DNA of 64,000 bases from Octopus vulgaris. Taxonomy: Eukaryota. The notes under the pieces were generated by a model, which made no database searches, was not told where the DNA came from, and saw nothing but the letters and a program-made list of their open reading frames with translations. The position numbers and the translations under genes were made by a program. Of the stretch, positions 36,655 to 49,330 are shown one piece after another (position 1 is the first letter of the stretch; each line of letters begins with the position of its first letter). Location: the NCBI GenBank assembly GCA_951406725.2, contig OX597815.1, positions 2,790,001 through 2,854,000 of the forward strand, written 5' to 3'.

Positions 36655-37115
36655 CGTCCCAATGCGACAGGTCAGCTACTGCGAGAAGCTGAAGAATTTA
36701 TGACTCTACCCCTTAAAACAAAGGCGGAAAAGCTATGCAGTGATATGCATCTGGAAAATCCCGAAGGACCTGTATCAAAATTTGGATTGAAAGTTACAAT
36801 GCATAGTGTCATGGCTCCCAACATCGCGATCTCTTGAGACAAGACCAGACACTGCAGAAGCTTAGGTCTCAAGGGCCCACTGTCCTTCAGTATTCTCTGT
36901 AAAAACCTAAGAGACCTACGAGAGGTAGCTGTAGGTATGTTCAAGACAAAACTGGATCTCCTCTAGTCTAGAGTTTCTGGCTGCACCTACATCGCAGTAG
37001 AATATGGAAATGAGGGCAGGATTCACCAAATGCCACATAGCAGAGGAGGTTTCAAGTAAGGAAAGTGTAACAAAGCTAACAGAGGTACTCTAGAATGGCC
37101 GCAACTCTCGTGCTA
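36655..37115 (+). mobile_element. CR1-group LINE, degenerate 3' end
   Basis: SYCEKLKNL.LY.L.QRR..Y..I.IWKI..SLGLKGP..F.IL..NLRDLREVAVGMFKTKLDLL pattern. Confidence 0.7.
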
Positions 37116-37123
37116 AAGCTAGT

Positions 37124-37637
37124 AGTGGCTGTATGGTAAATAGCTTGCTTACCAACCACATGGCTCAGGGTTCAGTCCCACTGCGTGGCACCTTGGGCTA
37201 GTATCTTCTACTATAACCTTGTGAGTGGATTTGGTAGACGGAAACTGAAAAAAGCCCATCGTATATATATATATATATATATATATCTTCTACTATAACC
37301 TTATGAGAAGATACTTGCCCAAGGTGCCACGCAGTGGGACTTAACCCGGAGCCATGTGGTTGGTAAGCAAGCTACTTACCATATTTATATATATATACGT
37401 ATATATATTATGTGTGTGTCTGTGTTTGTCCCACCCCCATCCCCCAACATCGCTTAACAACCGATGCTGGTGTGTTTACGTCCCTGTAACTTAGCGGTTC
37501 GGCAAAAGGGACCGATAGAATAAGTACTCGGCTTACAAAGAATAAGTCCTGAGTCTTGGGGTCGATTTGCTTGACTAAAGGCGGTGCTCCAGCATGGCCG
37601 CAGTCAAAATGACTGAAACAAGTAAAAGAGAATAAAA
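37124..37637 (+). mobile_element. SINE family A with an internal inverted duplication of its head
   Basis: 37131-37208 is repeated as a reverse complement at about 37307-37383. Confidence 0.85.
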
Positions 37638-39323
37638 GAATAATAGAACGTATCTATGTTTTCGTGTGTGTGTGTGTGTGTGTGTGTGTACGTGTACGTG
37701 TACGTGTGTGTGTGTACGTGTGTGCTGTAGTGAGCGAATTATTAGGATGTTGTTTTCCCTAACCAAGTGACTAAAGGTTCGAATCCCATTACCAGTTCTA
37801 CTCATAAACGCAACGAATGTACTTAATATGAAAAGCAGTTGTGGCGGTCACTCAGTACATACTTAGCCGACCTGCTAAACATGGCAGCCAAAATCCTCTC
37901 GAACCACACTTTCAAAATTATTAAAAGGAAGGATTCAATGGCTAATGTCACCCTAAGTATATTGTCTGACAATATGATTGGATAGTCACGGATGGAAAGC
38001 CTGTTGATCAATGACTTGACTGTTGAGGACCAATCAGTTTTCATCATTGTTCATTGAATGATTAATTCACTTCGCAACCACAAAGACCCAGCTTCGATTC
38101 CATTTTGGGCAAGTGGCTTTATCATAGACTCAGGGTCGACCCAATACATCCATCCTCTCTGCTCACTATTCCTGGCAGTGTTGTAGCGGTAGAATCGTCA
38201 GACATCCCCTCCATAGGGTCTTACCAGAAGCAACCCCCAATACACTTTACGGCTGGGTCCCCAAGCGTGACCAATCGAGGCTATGGATACTATTCAACCA
38301 TTTCCTTTTGGGTTTATCCTTGGGTCTCCTGCCAGTTGGTTTGGTTTGAAGAATCCGTCTTGCGATTCTTTCATGTGACATTCAAATCCCATTTCCTTAG
38401 TGCCGAAGCTGTGACCTCTCAATGCGGAGCAATAGCGGTTCGACTTGAAGAGGCTTCCTGAATTGGGCTTAGATGGAAAACTGTGGAGAAGCCAATCGGA
38501 TAAACCGAATCGTACCTGTAATTCAAAGGGGCAGCCTTGTCACATACTGCATGGGTTCATATGTCCATGGAATACTCAGCCACTTCATGCCAGTCCAGTG
38601 AGCAAGTTGACATCGAAAGTACTTCCTCGTTGAGCCAATCAGGGCACTTGTAAGGGATCACTCAACCTGCAAGAAACTAACGGTTATTCTTTAGTTCCAG
38701 GCCAACCCCTCTCCAGCGGACCTCTGATCAATCATGACAATCCCATTTATTTAAAGTTATCTTAAAATGTGAGAATCCTTTCTATACTTACGGCGCTAGA
38801 TTACGATTCGAGGGTAATTTTGCTCCTATTTTTAGCAGGAGGAATCATTTCACTTCTCTAAGGAGCTGGGCCCTGATGATCTGACATATTTCATTAGCTC
38901 ACGGAGCTGAATTCGAATTGCTTCAAATGCAAAAATCTATTCCGATTCTCTGCTGCCAGTAAAATGTCACGAAAATCTACTGCATGGTTTGCTAATTGCA
39001 CCAAGAATTCTCCAGAAGCTGACGATTGGACAAGAGTACAACCAAGATCCGTCACATCTGCATCCTCGTTTAATCAATACGCTAGAGGACAGGCGGCCTT
39101 GTTTTAATGCAGTACATCCATACCGCATTAAAACGTCACATCTGCCAACCCCACGGTTAATCAATATAATGTATTCGACTACGACCATATTGCGTTGGAA
39201 CTCGACATCTCCACCACCACCACCACCACCACCCTCGTTCTCAGCTACGAGTTGACAGAAGCAAACGCAAAATGGGGTGGGGTGGGGTGTATACACGCTT
39301 CTAAGCAGACATGTATGTATGTA

Positions 39324-39745
39324 GGCAGTGAGCTGGCAGAAACATTAGCACGCCGGGCGAAATACTTAGCAGTATTTCGTCTGCCGTTACGTTCCGAGTT
39401 CAAATTCCGCCGAGGTCGACTTTGCCTTTCATCCTTTCGGGGTCGATAAATTAAGTACCAGTTACGCACTGGGGTCGATGTAATCGACTTAATCCCATTG
39501 TCCGTCCTTGTTTGTCCCCTCTGTGTTTAGCCCCTTGTGGGTAGTAAAGAAATATATATAAGATAAATTGCTTTGTGGCATTTCGTCCGTCTTTACGTTT
39601 TGAGTTCAATTTCCACCGAGGTTGACTTTACCTTTCATCCTTTCTGGGTCGATAAAATAAGTACCAGTTACGCACTGGAGTCGACGCACTCTGCTTACCC
39701 ACTCCTCCGATATTGCTGGCCTTGTGCCAAAATTCGGAATCACTT
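39324..39745 (+). mobile_element. Two tandem SINE family B copies with different tails
   Basis: 39324-39553 ends AGCCCCTTGTGGGTAGTAAAGAAATA; 39570-39745 ends GGCCTTGTGCCAAAATTCGGAA. Confidence 0.8.
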
Positions 39746-40710
39746 CTTTTAGTTGTGAAGTTGGTTCCAGTAAAAGTATAAAAATTCCACGATGTTGAGC
39801 AGCAAAGGGCTGAAGAAAATCTGTGTCTTTTCTTCTGTTAGTCGCAAGATATTTCTTTTTCTTCCTAAAACTGACCAGATATTAGTTGTTTCTCTAATAC
39901 ATATGTGATCAAAGGCATTCCAGCCGTGACCATCTAACTATTGCGGACAATTTATCTTAGACTATAATATCAAATACATAATTTCTTTTTTTTTAGAGAG
40001 ATTGTTTTGGGGGAAATTTGACTACCGGTTCTGACAGGACTCTTGCTTATCCCACGCAGTGAATGCCTGTGTATTTAAAAAAAGGGGGAAATGTCAGAGG
40101 TGAAAGGCATGCCTAAGGTGCAAGTTTTCTCAGCCCGGTGGGATCGATACAATTACACCAGGACCCTGCATCTGGAAAAGAAACCGTGGTTTAGTCGAAA
40201 TGTTTGCATCAAGTTCCAAGATGCTGTGCTAAACAGAGCATTTTAGACTTAATTCTACCCCTCACTCATACAAAATAGATGTAGGGTCACTATAACCCTT
40301 CATTCATTTTAGGACCTATAAACAGAAAAAAGGGTCTGTGTGGCGGGGTCGACAAAAGGAATCAGTAGATATTCTTGAAGAGATTCATATGCATTCGTAT
40401 ATGTATAGGCATCATGGTGCGTACACGTATGAATGCATACAGATATACGCCTTACGTGTGTATGCATGTATTTCGGTGGAGTCACTCTCTTGCGACTCTG
40501 AGTACATCGGACCTTCAGGCAAGTTACACCAGCCGTCACTTGCCCAAAGACCTTGAGCACCTTACAGGCAAAACTCAGAGTAGCAAGAGAGTAAATCGGC
40601 CAAAATGAATGAATTATTCATTTTTATCATCATAGCCAAGTACGCTTTTTCCCAATATTCAACACTAAACGCGCGTGTGTGTGTGCATGTGTGTGTGCAT
40701 GTGTGAGTGC

Positions 40711-40741
<31 letters not shown>

Positions 40742-40821
40742 GTAAAAAGGTAATAAAATAAATTATTATTACCGGTGATCTAGCACAAAAGACATGTTAG
40801 CGATTAGGCTATATGTTATTC

Positions 40822-41121
40822 ATATATAAGTACATTAAAAGGCTCTAAAAGAAGAAGCAAGTACTAGATCACAAAAAGTGGATAAATTCAATGAAATAAA
40901 ATCAAAAACGTTTACAAACTCGGCTCATCTTATACTGCAGTAAATTATATTTACTGCTAAAAAAAAGATAAATTATATTTACTGCTAAAAAAAAGACGAA
41001 ACTGCAGTATAAGATGAGCCGTGTTTGTAAACGTTTTTGATTTTATTTCATTGAATTTATCCACTTTTTGTGATCTAGTACATGCTTCTTCTTTTAGAGG
41101 CCTTTTAATGTACTTATATAT
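40822..41121. repeat. Inverted repeat with 120-bp arms and a 28-bp tandem duplication in the loop
   Basis: 40822-40941 pairs with 41001-41121; TAAATTATATTTACTGCTAAAAAAAAGA occurs twice at 40941-40996. Confidence 0.92.
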
Positions 41122-41162
41122 ATATACACACACACACTCAGGGAAAATGGCAGTCAATATTA

Positions 41163-42438
41163 AAGGGGTACCCAAAAGAAACCGGAATTTTGCAATGTTA
41201 TTTTATTCACTTGGTTTTAAATGTTTCCACTTTCATCACCTTCAAAAGTATTCTCCATCTGAAGCAATCCACCGGCCCAGACGCGTTTCCCACTGTTCGA
41301 AGCAATGCTGGAACTCTTGCGAAGTGATGCTGTTTAACGTCTCCATCGTATTTTCCTTCACTTCTTCCACATCAGCAAAGCGTTTTCCTTTGAGGACTTT
41401 TTCATTCGAGGAACAGAAAAAAAACTCTGAGAGATCAAGATCGGATGAATAGGGAGGGTGGGTAAGCGAGGTCATGCCGTTTTTGGCAAAAACTGTCTCA
41501 TACTCAAGGCGGTGTGCGCAGGCGCATTGTCGTGATGAAAGCTCCACTTTGCCACAGGTCGGGGCGTTTTCGTTTCACCGCGTCTCAAAAACGCTTCAGA
41601 ACTGCTAAGTAAGATGTCTGGTTAATTGTTTGACCAGAAGGACCAAATTCTGTGTGGACGATTCCTTTCGCATCGTCTTGACATTAGACTTCACTTGACG
41701 CACTTTTTTTTGGCGGCGGGGCGTGATGACATTGAATACTTCCATTGACTTGATCGCTGCTTCGTTTCCGGGCCGGAGCCATAACACCAGCTTTCGTCAC
41801 CAGTGATGACCTTCGGAAAAAAGATTCGGATCAACTTTCAACAGTTCGTTCAGTCGTGGCTGCTTTTGATCTTTCCTGACCAAACGAGACAGAAAATTTT
41901 ATTGCAACTCTTTGCATTCGCAATTCCTCGCTCAAAATCCGTTTGGCAGGAGCTCCAGGACACACCAGTCGTATCAACAAGTTCGGCGACGGTCCTCCAA
42001 GATCAGTTTATGAATTTTCGTGATGTTTTCATTCGTTCGGGAAGTTGACGGTGTTCCTGAACGAGGTTGGTTTTCAAGCCACAAGTGACCATCCCTAAAA
42101 CGTGATAATCACTCGTAGACTTGTGTTTTGCTCTTGGCAGCGTCCTTGTAAGCTGTTTGAAGCATTTCAAGATTTGGCCACCCGTTTTCCCCAGCAGAAA
42201 ACAGAATTTCACGGAAGCACGCCGTTCCTTCGTTTCAACCATCGAAAAAAATCGACGAACAGGAGAGAAGCACAGCAAAACAAAGACGCACCACGTGACA
42301 GTACGACTTTACTCGACGACACCGGTTGGTGGACTGATGCCTGAGGGTCGCATTAAGTGGATTCTCGCGGCGGAAACCTGAACTAAAACGGGCTTGTCGC
42401 ACAGAGAACGTTTCCGGTTACTTTGAGGTACCTCCTCG
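41163..42438 (-). mobile_element. mariner transposon, near full length, pseudogenised transposase
   Basis: TIR-like ends AAGGGGTACCCAAAAGAAACCGGAA / TTCCGGTTACTTTGAGGTACCTCCTCG. Fragments RASVKFCFLLGKT, HHDNAPAH, HPPYSSDL and LKGKRFADVEEV..FEQW..DGEYF. Confidence 0.9.
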
Positions 42439-42499
42439 TCTACACGTATTTACATGAGAAATGGCGGTCAGTTCTGAGTGTCTTTCTTACCTTATCTTT

Positions 42500-42833
42500 A
42501 CTCTTTACTCTTTTACTTGTTTCAGTCATTTGACTGCGGCCATGCTGGAGCACCGCCTTTAGTCGAGCAAATCGACCCCGGGACTTATTCTTTGAAAGCC
42601 CAGTACTTATTCTATCGGTGTCTTTTGCCGAACCGCTAAGTGACGTGGACGTAAACACACCAGCATCGGTTGTCAAGCAATGCTAGAGGGACGAACACAG
42701 ACACACAAACACACACACGCATATATATATATATATACATATATACGACAGGCTTCTTTCAGTTTCCGTCTAGTTTGCACTCAGGACCATGTTGTTGGTA
42801 AGCAAGCCACTTACCACGCAGGCACTCCTGCGT
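42500..42833 (-). mobile_element. SINE family A (internally deleted)
   Basis: Homologous to 3801-4184. Confidence 0.85.
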
Positions 42834-42922
42834 CTGCCGTAGAAAAAGAAATGAAAACGGCGAAAGGAAACGGCAGATAAAGAAACAGAAAGAACACAAG
42901 AAAAATAGAAGAACGAGAAAGT

Positions 42923-42953
<31 letters not shown>

Positions 42954-43039
42954 GGGGGTGAGAGGGATTTGTTCTTATAAAGAATTATAAAGAAATAAAA
43001 TAAAGCTAAAGATAAGAAAGAGAGAAGAGGGAGAGAGAA

Positions 43040-43078
<39 letters not shown>

Positions 43079-43723
43079 ACGAGAGGAAGGGTCGTGGGAG
43101 TGTGGGGTGGGGTGGGGCTGGGTTGACTTTGAATAAGTTGTAAGAGAGGAACAGAGAAACACGTCCACACTGGTTGGGAAAAGTATATTTAGTTGGTTGT
43201 AGTCTAAAAATAGAGCGGTAAGAGGGAGCCTGCAGCTAAGTACAACAACAACAACAACAACAACAATAGTATATTCCTCCTCCTCCTCTTCTATCCTCAA
43301 TCAATGCTCATTTGCCTTCCCTTTCTTCTCTCCTCTCTTTTCTTCTCCCCCTCCTCTTCCTCCTCCTTTCTCGTAATCCTTATTACATCAACGAATGGTA
43401 AACTTAAAACTATTAACTGTTTGTTTTCTCTCCCTCCTCCTCCCTCTCTCTCTCTCTGTCTTTCTTTTTTACTCTCCCCCTCCTCTCTCTCTCTCTCTCC
43501 ATTATCTTATATCTTTCATCTTTTACTCGTTTCTGTCATTAGACTGCGGCCATGCTGGGGCACCGCCTTCAAAGAGTTTTTAGTCGAAAGAATCGACCCC
43601 AATACTTAATATCTTTTTTTTTTTTTTTTTTGTAAAACCTGGCACTTTATTCTATCGGTTACTTTTTGCCGAACCGCAAACATAAACACCGGTTGACAAG
43701 TGATGGTGGGAGACAAACAGACA

Positions 43724-43760
<37 letters not shown>

Positions 43761-43816
43761 ACATATATAGAGAGAGAAAGAGAGAGGGGGAAATTAGATG
43801 TGTATCTATATACGTT

Positions 43817-44306
43817 ATACTAGATCTGATCAATAAATATCCGGACTGTTGCCATAGTAACAAAGCTAAAGCATGCAGAGTGAAGCTGGTTGGCAACGAT
43901 TGACCTTGAACTCTGCAGTGCATGCGCACTAAGTTTTAACGTTTTAGCTCACTTCCGCTGTTTACAGCAGTGCTTGGAAGGAAGGTGCGTAGCGTGTGAT
44001 CGTTGCATTGACCATGACAGAGAAAGTTGTCATGACGACACCTGTTCAGAAGCATGCGCAAAGTTGCAGAAAGTGTATAAAGAGGAGAGTGCGAGCGTCA
44101 CACGAATGTACGAGTGGTTCCGACGTTTCAAAGATGGCCGGAAAAAAAATATCGATATTGATGAACGTTCTGGGAGACCCGCAACCAGCAGGACTGAGAA
44201 AAACATCGCAGATGTCCGAGCAGCTGTGAGAGGATATCGTCGAATCACCATCCGTGAGATATCAGGGGCTGTGCAGATTAGTTACGGTTCAGTTCAGTCC
44301 ATTATC
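43817..44306 (+). mobile_element. mariner 5' fragment (HTH DNA-binding region)
   Basis: VYKEESASVTRMYEWFRRFKDGR..IDERSGRPATSRTEKNI..RRITIREIS..ISYGSVQSII. Confidence 0.88.
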
Positions 44307-44329
44307 CTTTTGGGGGTCGATAAAATATG

Positions 44330-45440
44330 TACCCGTTGTTCATGACTTCTTGCTAATGTTCCTCTGGTTTGTCAGTGCATAGATGGTAGAAATCACCAAG
44401 TCTTGAATCGAAGAATTTTCAGCTCCATATCGTATTTGATCGAAATACCTCACAGACTGTCGAAGAGCGATCAAAAAAAAAAAAAAAAGAAGGCTAAAAT
44501 CTGAAGGTGTTATAGCAAGAGTATGGCGGGTGCAGTAGAACTTCCCAACGAATCTCTTGAATAGCATTTTTGCTCAAATTAGCGGTGTGTGTGTGTCGTG
44601 GGGAACATTGTTATGTTAAGGGAGGGAGCACGCTGTGTCGCCGATCGGGTCATTCCAGCCGGATTGCCTCATCGAACCTGTGCATTTGCTGAATGTAAAC
44701 CTCGACGTTGACCGTGTGGTTGTTTTCAAGCATTTCCTACTGGACAAGTCCTTCCCAAACGCAGATTTTAGTCTTGCGTGTATGTAACCCTGGACTGGCT
44801 CGAGGCGCTGCTTATTTTGTCAGGACTCAGCTGTTCTTTCTTGACGTAAAGACACCCACTTTCATCACCGGTGACGATGTGGTAAAGACATCTCAATTAG
44901 CCTGGTGTCGAGCGAGCCAGCATGTGGCGAGAGAAGAGCGCTGAAATTTCTCTCATTCGATCAGAATGTGGGGTAGCTCTGCACCTAGTTTTCGGACCTT
45001 ATCCATCGGGAAGAGATGAGCGGGAAGAGGCAACGGTATCATGAGAGGATCTAATCTGCTAAGCCGATTCTCTAGCGGATTTGTGCGGATCTTCGTGGAC
45101 GGTCCTCATTGAACTGAACATGTCGACCGGAATGCAGAGAGATTTCGAGGTCGAATTCGTGCCCCTTAAAGCGTGGGAACCCTTTCTTTGCTCTTCTTTC
45201 AGTAATAGGACCTTCTCCGTACAGAGTGCAATTCTTTTGTGCAGTTTTGGCAGCTTTGGAGCCATGATTGAAAGCAAAGAGTACCAGGCGGGCAAAAACT
45301 GTTTGTCTTCTTCTGCTGGGACTTCATCGTCTTGTCTGAAAATCCATGACATTCGTTTACATTTCAAAAACGATAAACACAATCTGTAGAGGAGACATAG
45401 AACTGCGGAAGAAAAAAAATGAAATCATATACAGTATGAT
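44330..45440 (-). mobile_element. mariner transposon, degenerate, convergent with the previous fragment
   Basis: Minus frames give LFAFNHGSKAAKTAQKNCTLYGEG..FDLE..HSGR, HIVTGDE and EVLLHPPYS..PSDF. Confidence 0.82.
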
Positions 45441-45465
45441 AAAAATATTTTTATTATTTTTAATA

Positions 45466-45930
45466 GGCGCAGGAGTGGGTGTGTTGTAGTGTAGCTTGTT
45501 TACCAACCACATGGTTCCGGGTTCAGTCCCACTAGGAGTGGCTGTGTGGTAAGTGGCTTGTTTACCAACCACATGCTTCCGGGTTCAGTCCCATTGCGTG
45601 GCACCTTGGGCAAGTGTCTTCTACTATAGCCTCGGGCCGACCAAAGCCTTGTGAGTGGATTTGGTAGACGGAAACTGAAAGAAGCCCGTCGTAAATATGT
45701 ATATATATATGTGTGTGTGTATGTTTGTGTGTCTGTGTTTGTCCCCCTAGCATTGCTTGACAACCGATGCTGGTGTGTTTACGTCCCCGTTACTTAGCGG
45801 TTCGGCAAAAAAGAGACCGATAGAATAAGTACTGGGCTTACAAAAGAATAAGTCCTGGGGTCGAGTTGCTCGATTAAAGGCGGTGCTCCAGCATGGCCGC
45901 AGTCAAATGACTGAAACAAGTAAAGAGTAA
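45466..45930 (+). mobile_element. SINE family A with a tandem duplication of its first ~63 nt
   Basis: AGGAGTGG..GGTTCAGTCCCA occurs twice before the body. Confidence 0.9.
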
Positions 45931-46457
45931 TACTAGAAAGAAACGAACGCATTTATCTGGCAACGCAATTTAAGCATCAAGAAATTTGATAAGTCATATT
46001 ATAATTATCGTATGGATGCCATATTTCCCGATATTAACAGGCATTCCGTCGGTTACGACGACGAGGGTTCCAGTTGATCCGATCAATGGAACAGCCTGCT
46101 CGTGAAATTAACGTGCAAGTGGTTGAGCACTCCACAGACACGTGTACCCTTAACGTAGTTCTCAGGGAGATTCTGCGGGACACAGGGGGTAACAAGGCTG
46201 GCCCCTTTGAAATACAGGTACTGCTCATTTTTGCCAGCTGGGTGGACTGGAACAACATGAAATAAAGTGTCTTGCTCAAGGACAAAACGCACCGCCAATC
46301 CTGATATTACAAATAGAGGTAAAAGCTCACTTCCAAAGTTACCCCACTCACATCCTCATGTTTGCCCCTATTCTTGTTCTCCCTTTTAAAAAGACAAACA
46401 CACCGCACCTATTGTTAACTCTTTCTTGTGTGTATTAGACCTCCTAACCACTTAGAC

Positions 46458-46580
46458 CCTCTGAAGAAGCCTAGAGGCACATTCATCATCCAAACTTTAT
46501 CTGCCCATCCCTACAGAACACTAAAGAGATGGAGATGGCATGGAGGATTTCGTTACCTCTTGGCAGAAACGGCCGTAAGG
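46458..46580 (+). ncRNA. Penelope-type minimal hammerhead motif with a long stem II loop
   Basis: CCU CUGAAGA A GCCUAGAGG...CCUCUUGGC A GAAA CGGCCG UA AGG; stem III is the palindrome ACGGCCGU. Confidence 0.65.
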
Positions 46581-46927
46581 AACTGACACTTACTGACAAT
46601 CTGATCGTTTGCTCTTTTCTGTAATATTAGCGCATGTGTGTGTGAAACACCCGGTTATTACATGAGTATGTATTCTTTTATTACTTTCTAATACTTTGGA
46701 ATAAATAGAATTGGAATGTCTACCGGATGATGTATGCCGTTCTTGTATGCCGTTACAACTACAGCCAGCTATTACCGGTAAAGGTTTTAGTTGCCAATTC
46801 TGTACAAGACATTGTAGATCTTTAGCTGGGCTAAAAAGTCACATTCGATCACAGCACCAATAACAGTTAAGCTTCGTGCAATGGCCATACTCGATAACGA
46901 GGGGGGCAGCCATAATATGTGTGTATG

Positions 46928-46960
<33 letters not shown>

Positions 46961-47127
46961 GAACCAGTACAATTTCGCTTCATGACCATGTTCGACAATA
47001 CTGCGTGGCAGGTAAGGTAATATTCCGTATAACCTGTGGTCGACTCACACCTTGTGAGTGGAACTGGTTGATTGGAAACTGCAGAATCTCTTCCAATGGA
47101 TTGTGCCTATCATCTAATAGCTACACT

Positions 47128-47322
47128 AAGGCGGCGAGCTGGCAGGAAAATGCTTAACGGCATTTCGTCCGTCTGGACGTTCTGAGTTCAAATTCCGCCA
47201 AGGTCTACTTTGCCTTTCTTCTTTTCGGGGTCGACAAAAGAAGCGCCAGTTGAGCATTAGGTTCGATGTAATCAATTTACACCCCACCCCACCAAATTTC
47301 GTGGCTTTGTGCCAAAGTTTCA
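47128..47322 (+). mobile_element. SINE family B
   Basis: Homologous to 32568-32790, with the alternative tail. Confidence 0.8.
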
Positions 47323-48341
47323 CATTGATTTAATAGTTACAGTTTTATCACGCACTTTATTATGCTGGTTTTGCTTGTGAATTATGTTAAGGGAATACTC
47401 AGGTGTCTGTGGAATACTCAACCATTTGCACCTTAATTCAGGGGCAGGTAATTCAGTTAACCAAACTATTGAATTCTGTTGGTCGAAACGTTGAAGGTTC
47501 ATCCATGTGTATTAGGTTGGGAAGTAATTTCTGTTGTATTTCAAAATTTGATAGAAATGTTGTTATTTTAGTTTTGATCACGTGGTTTTGATTGTCTCGA
47601 TTGCTGTCATATGCCTGCAGTGCGACTGCGCGGAGTTCTGTTATGTTTGCGGCACGACGTGTTCAGTGTTGGTTCTTAGTCGAGACTGTAGCTACTCGCT
47701 GCATAAAACTGTTTCTGCGATGAAGTTTGGTTTTGCTTACAATTTAGCAATCTTTGTTTGTATTGCAGATTGCCGTATTTTGAGTCGATTAAAACCTTTC
47801 AAACTTTGATTTTCCAGTTTAGGTTTATAACAACAAACAAATGCTTTTTTGGTCTTAATTAATATACTTAATCAGGATAACATCCCCCTCCCCCGTTACT
47901 GATACAATAATCCTATCTATTTTGCAAACCGTTAATTCCCCCCGGGAAAAGGTTTGAAAGCAAAGAAACATTCAATATCCTTTTAACCACTTCACAATTG
48001 ATAAATCGTTTTCCTTCCAAATAATGTTGCAATGATCTGAAAAGATGAGTGTCAGATGGAACAAGGTGAAAAGTGGAAGGAAGGTGAGGAGCAGAACTGC
48101 CATATTTAGTGCCGCCGAAATCCTTTCCTGAGAGACTTGGGCAATACTTTGTCTTGCAAATCATGCAAGAGTAACGTCCCTTTACGATTGACCGGTGATG
48201 GCATTTTTTTTCTGCAAACTTTTGTGCAACGCTTTCTTTTGGCAACGATACTTCTCTGCACTAACTGTTACGCTTTGGTTTAATACTTTATGATAGACGA
48301 TACCCTTCATATCCCACCAAGAATAGAACATGGCCTTGTGG

Positions 48342-48678
48342 TGTATCTGATATCCTGTTGCTGGAACTGGAACATGGCTGTGTAGCTCTGTGGTCAGTGA
48401 CTAGACCTTAGAAGGTTTGGAGTCGAAAGACGGAGAATAGTGAAAATGTTAGCTTATTTAAGGAGTTATTTAAACTGGCTCAAAGAAAGGCATCTTAACC
48501 GAAGGCCGTGATTGGTTGGCTTTACACTCTGGTGCGAAATAAGTAGAGAGACAGACCGCGCTAGATGCCAACCAATCAGATCAGTGGACACAACAGGGTC
48601 AAACCAGCCAAAGATTGTTGTAATCTCAAACGAGATCATTCTTATTGTGTCTCTCAAGCAGTGAGGATATCAGATACA
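48342..48678. mobile_element. Solo-LTR-like insert (TG...CA, 15-bp terminal inverted repeats)
   Basis: TGTATCTGATATCCT...AGGATATCAGATACA. It contains CCAAT boxes and a TATA-like TTTAAATA, and interrupts the mariner ORF between LHPKEV and WWD. Confidence 0.6.
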
Positions 48679-48785
48679 CTGCGACCTCTTTCGGGTGTAG
48701 TCCTGGTTTAAGAATGGGTTCTCATTTTTCATTGGTTGCTCACCACTGTCATTTTCGTTGGATGTTATTGTTTTTAGAATGAAGG

Positions 48786-49330
48786 TCTCCACTCTCCCTA
48801 TCACACTTGCTACATTTGTAGACCGGCTTCACGCCCTGCCTACGATCTGTATGTTCTCCCCGGCGTCGGGGAGAAGAGAAGCGCTGAGGACACAGCGGAC
48901 AGGCTATGGAACATGACGCGCAGGAAATAGGTAACGGAAACTCGTCCCTCGCCAGGGTGGGGCTTGGTACCTCCACCCTCCCACCCCCTCTCGGTCCACT
49001 TGTAAAAAAAGAGAGTGGTCGTCATGGAAGGGGTCTTAGGCCAAGTCCGGCGGGGGCTGAGTACCCGTAACTACCAGAGTATGAGTAGGATAAAATAGCG
49101 TAAAAAGGCCCTGTCTGTTTCTAGAGTAAGTCAACGTCATGCGCAGCACGCGACATCCGACGCTGACAAGGTCCTTATCTGTAGGATCACTAACTGTACC
49201 GCGCGGAGGAGATGGTCCGTTGTCCTCCACAGGGGAAGGTCACAGAGCGGCCGAGCGTGGGGAGGTCACACGGCCAACCTGACCAGCGGGCCCCGTCCCT
49301 GACCTGCAGGCCGCCAGTTTTACGGCTCCT
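48786..49330 (-). mobile_element. R2/NeSL-like non-LTR retrotransposon 5' fragment (N-terminal zinc fingers)
   Basis: GC/CpG-rich. CPLCPQRFSSPRRRGEH...YKCSKCDRESGDLHS resembles the tandem N-terminal fingers of RLE-type elements. Confidence 0.5.

Noticed and set aside
43204-43213. Perfect MEF2 site CTAAAAATAG
   Set aside because: An isolated 10-mer in AT-rich DNA 15 kb from the gene; expected by chance.
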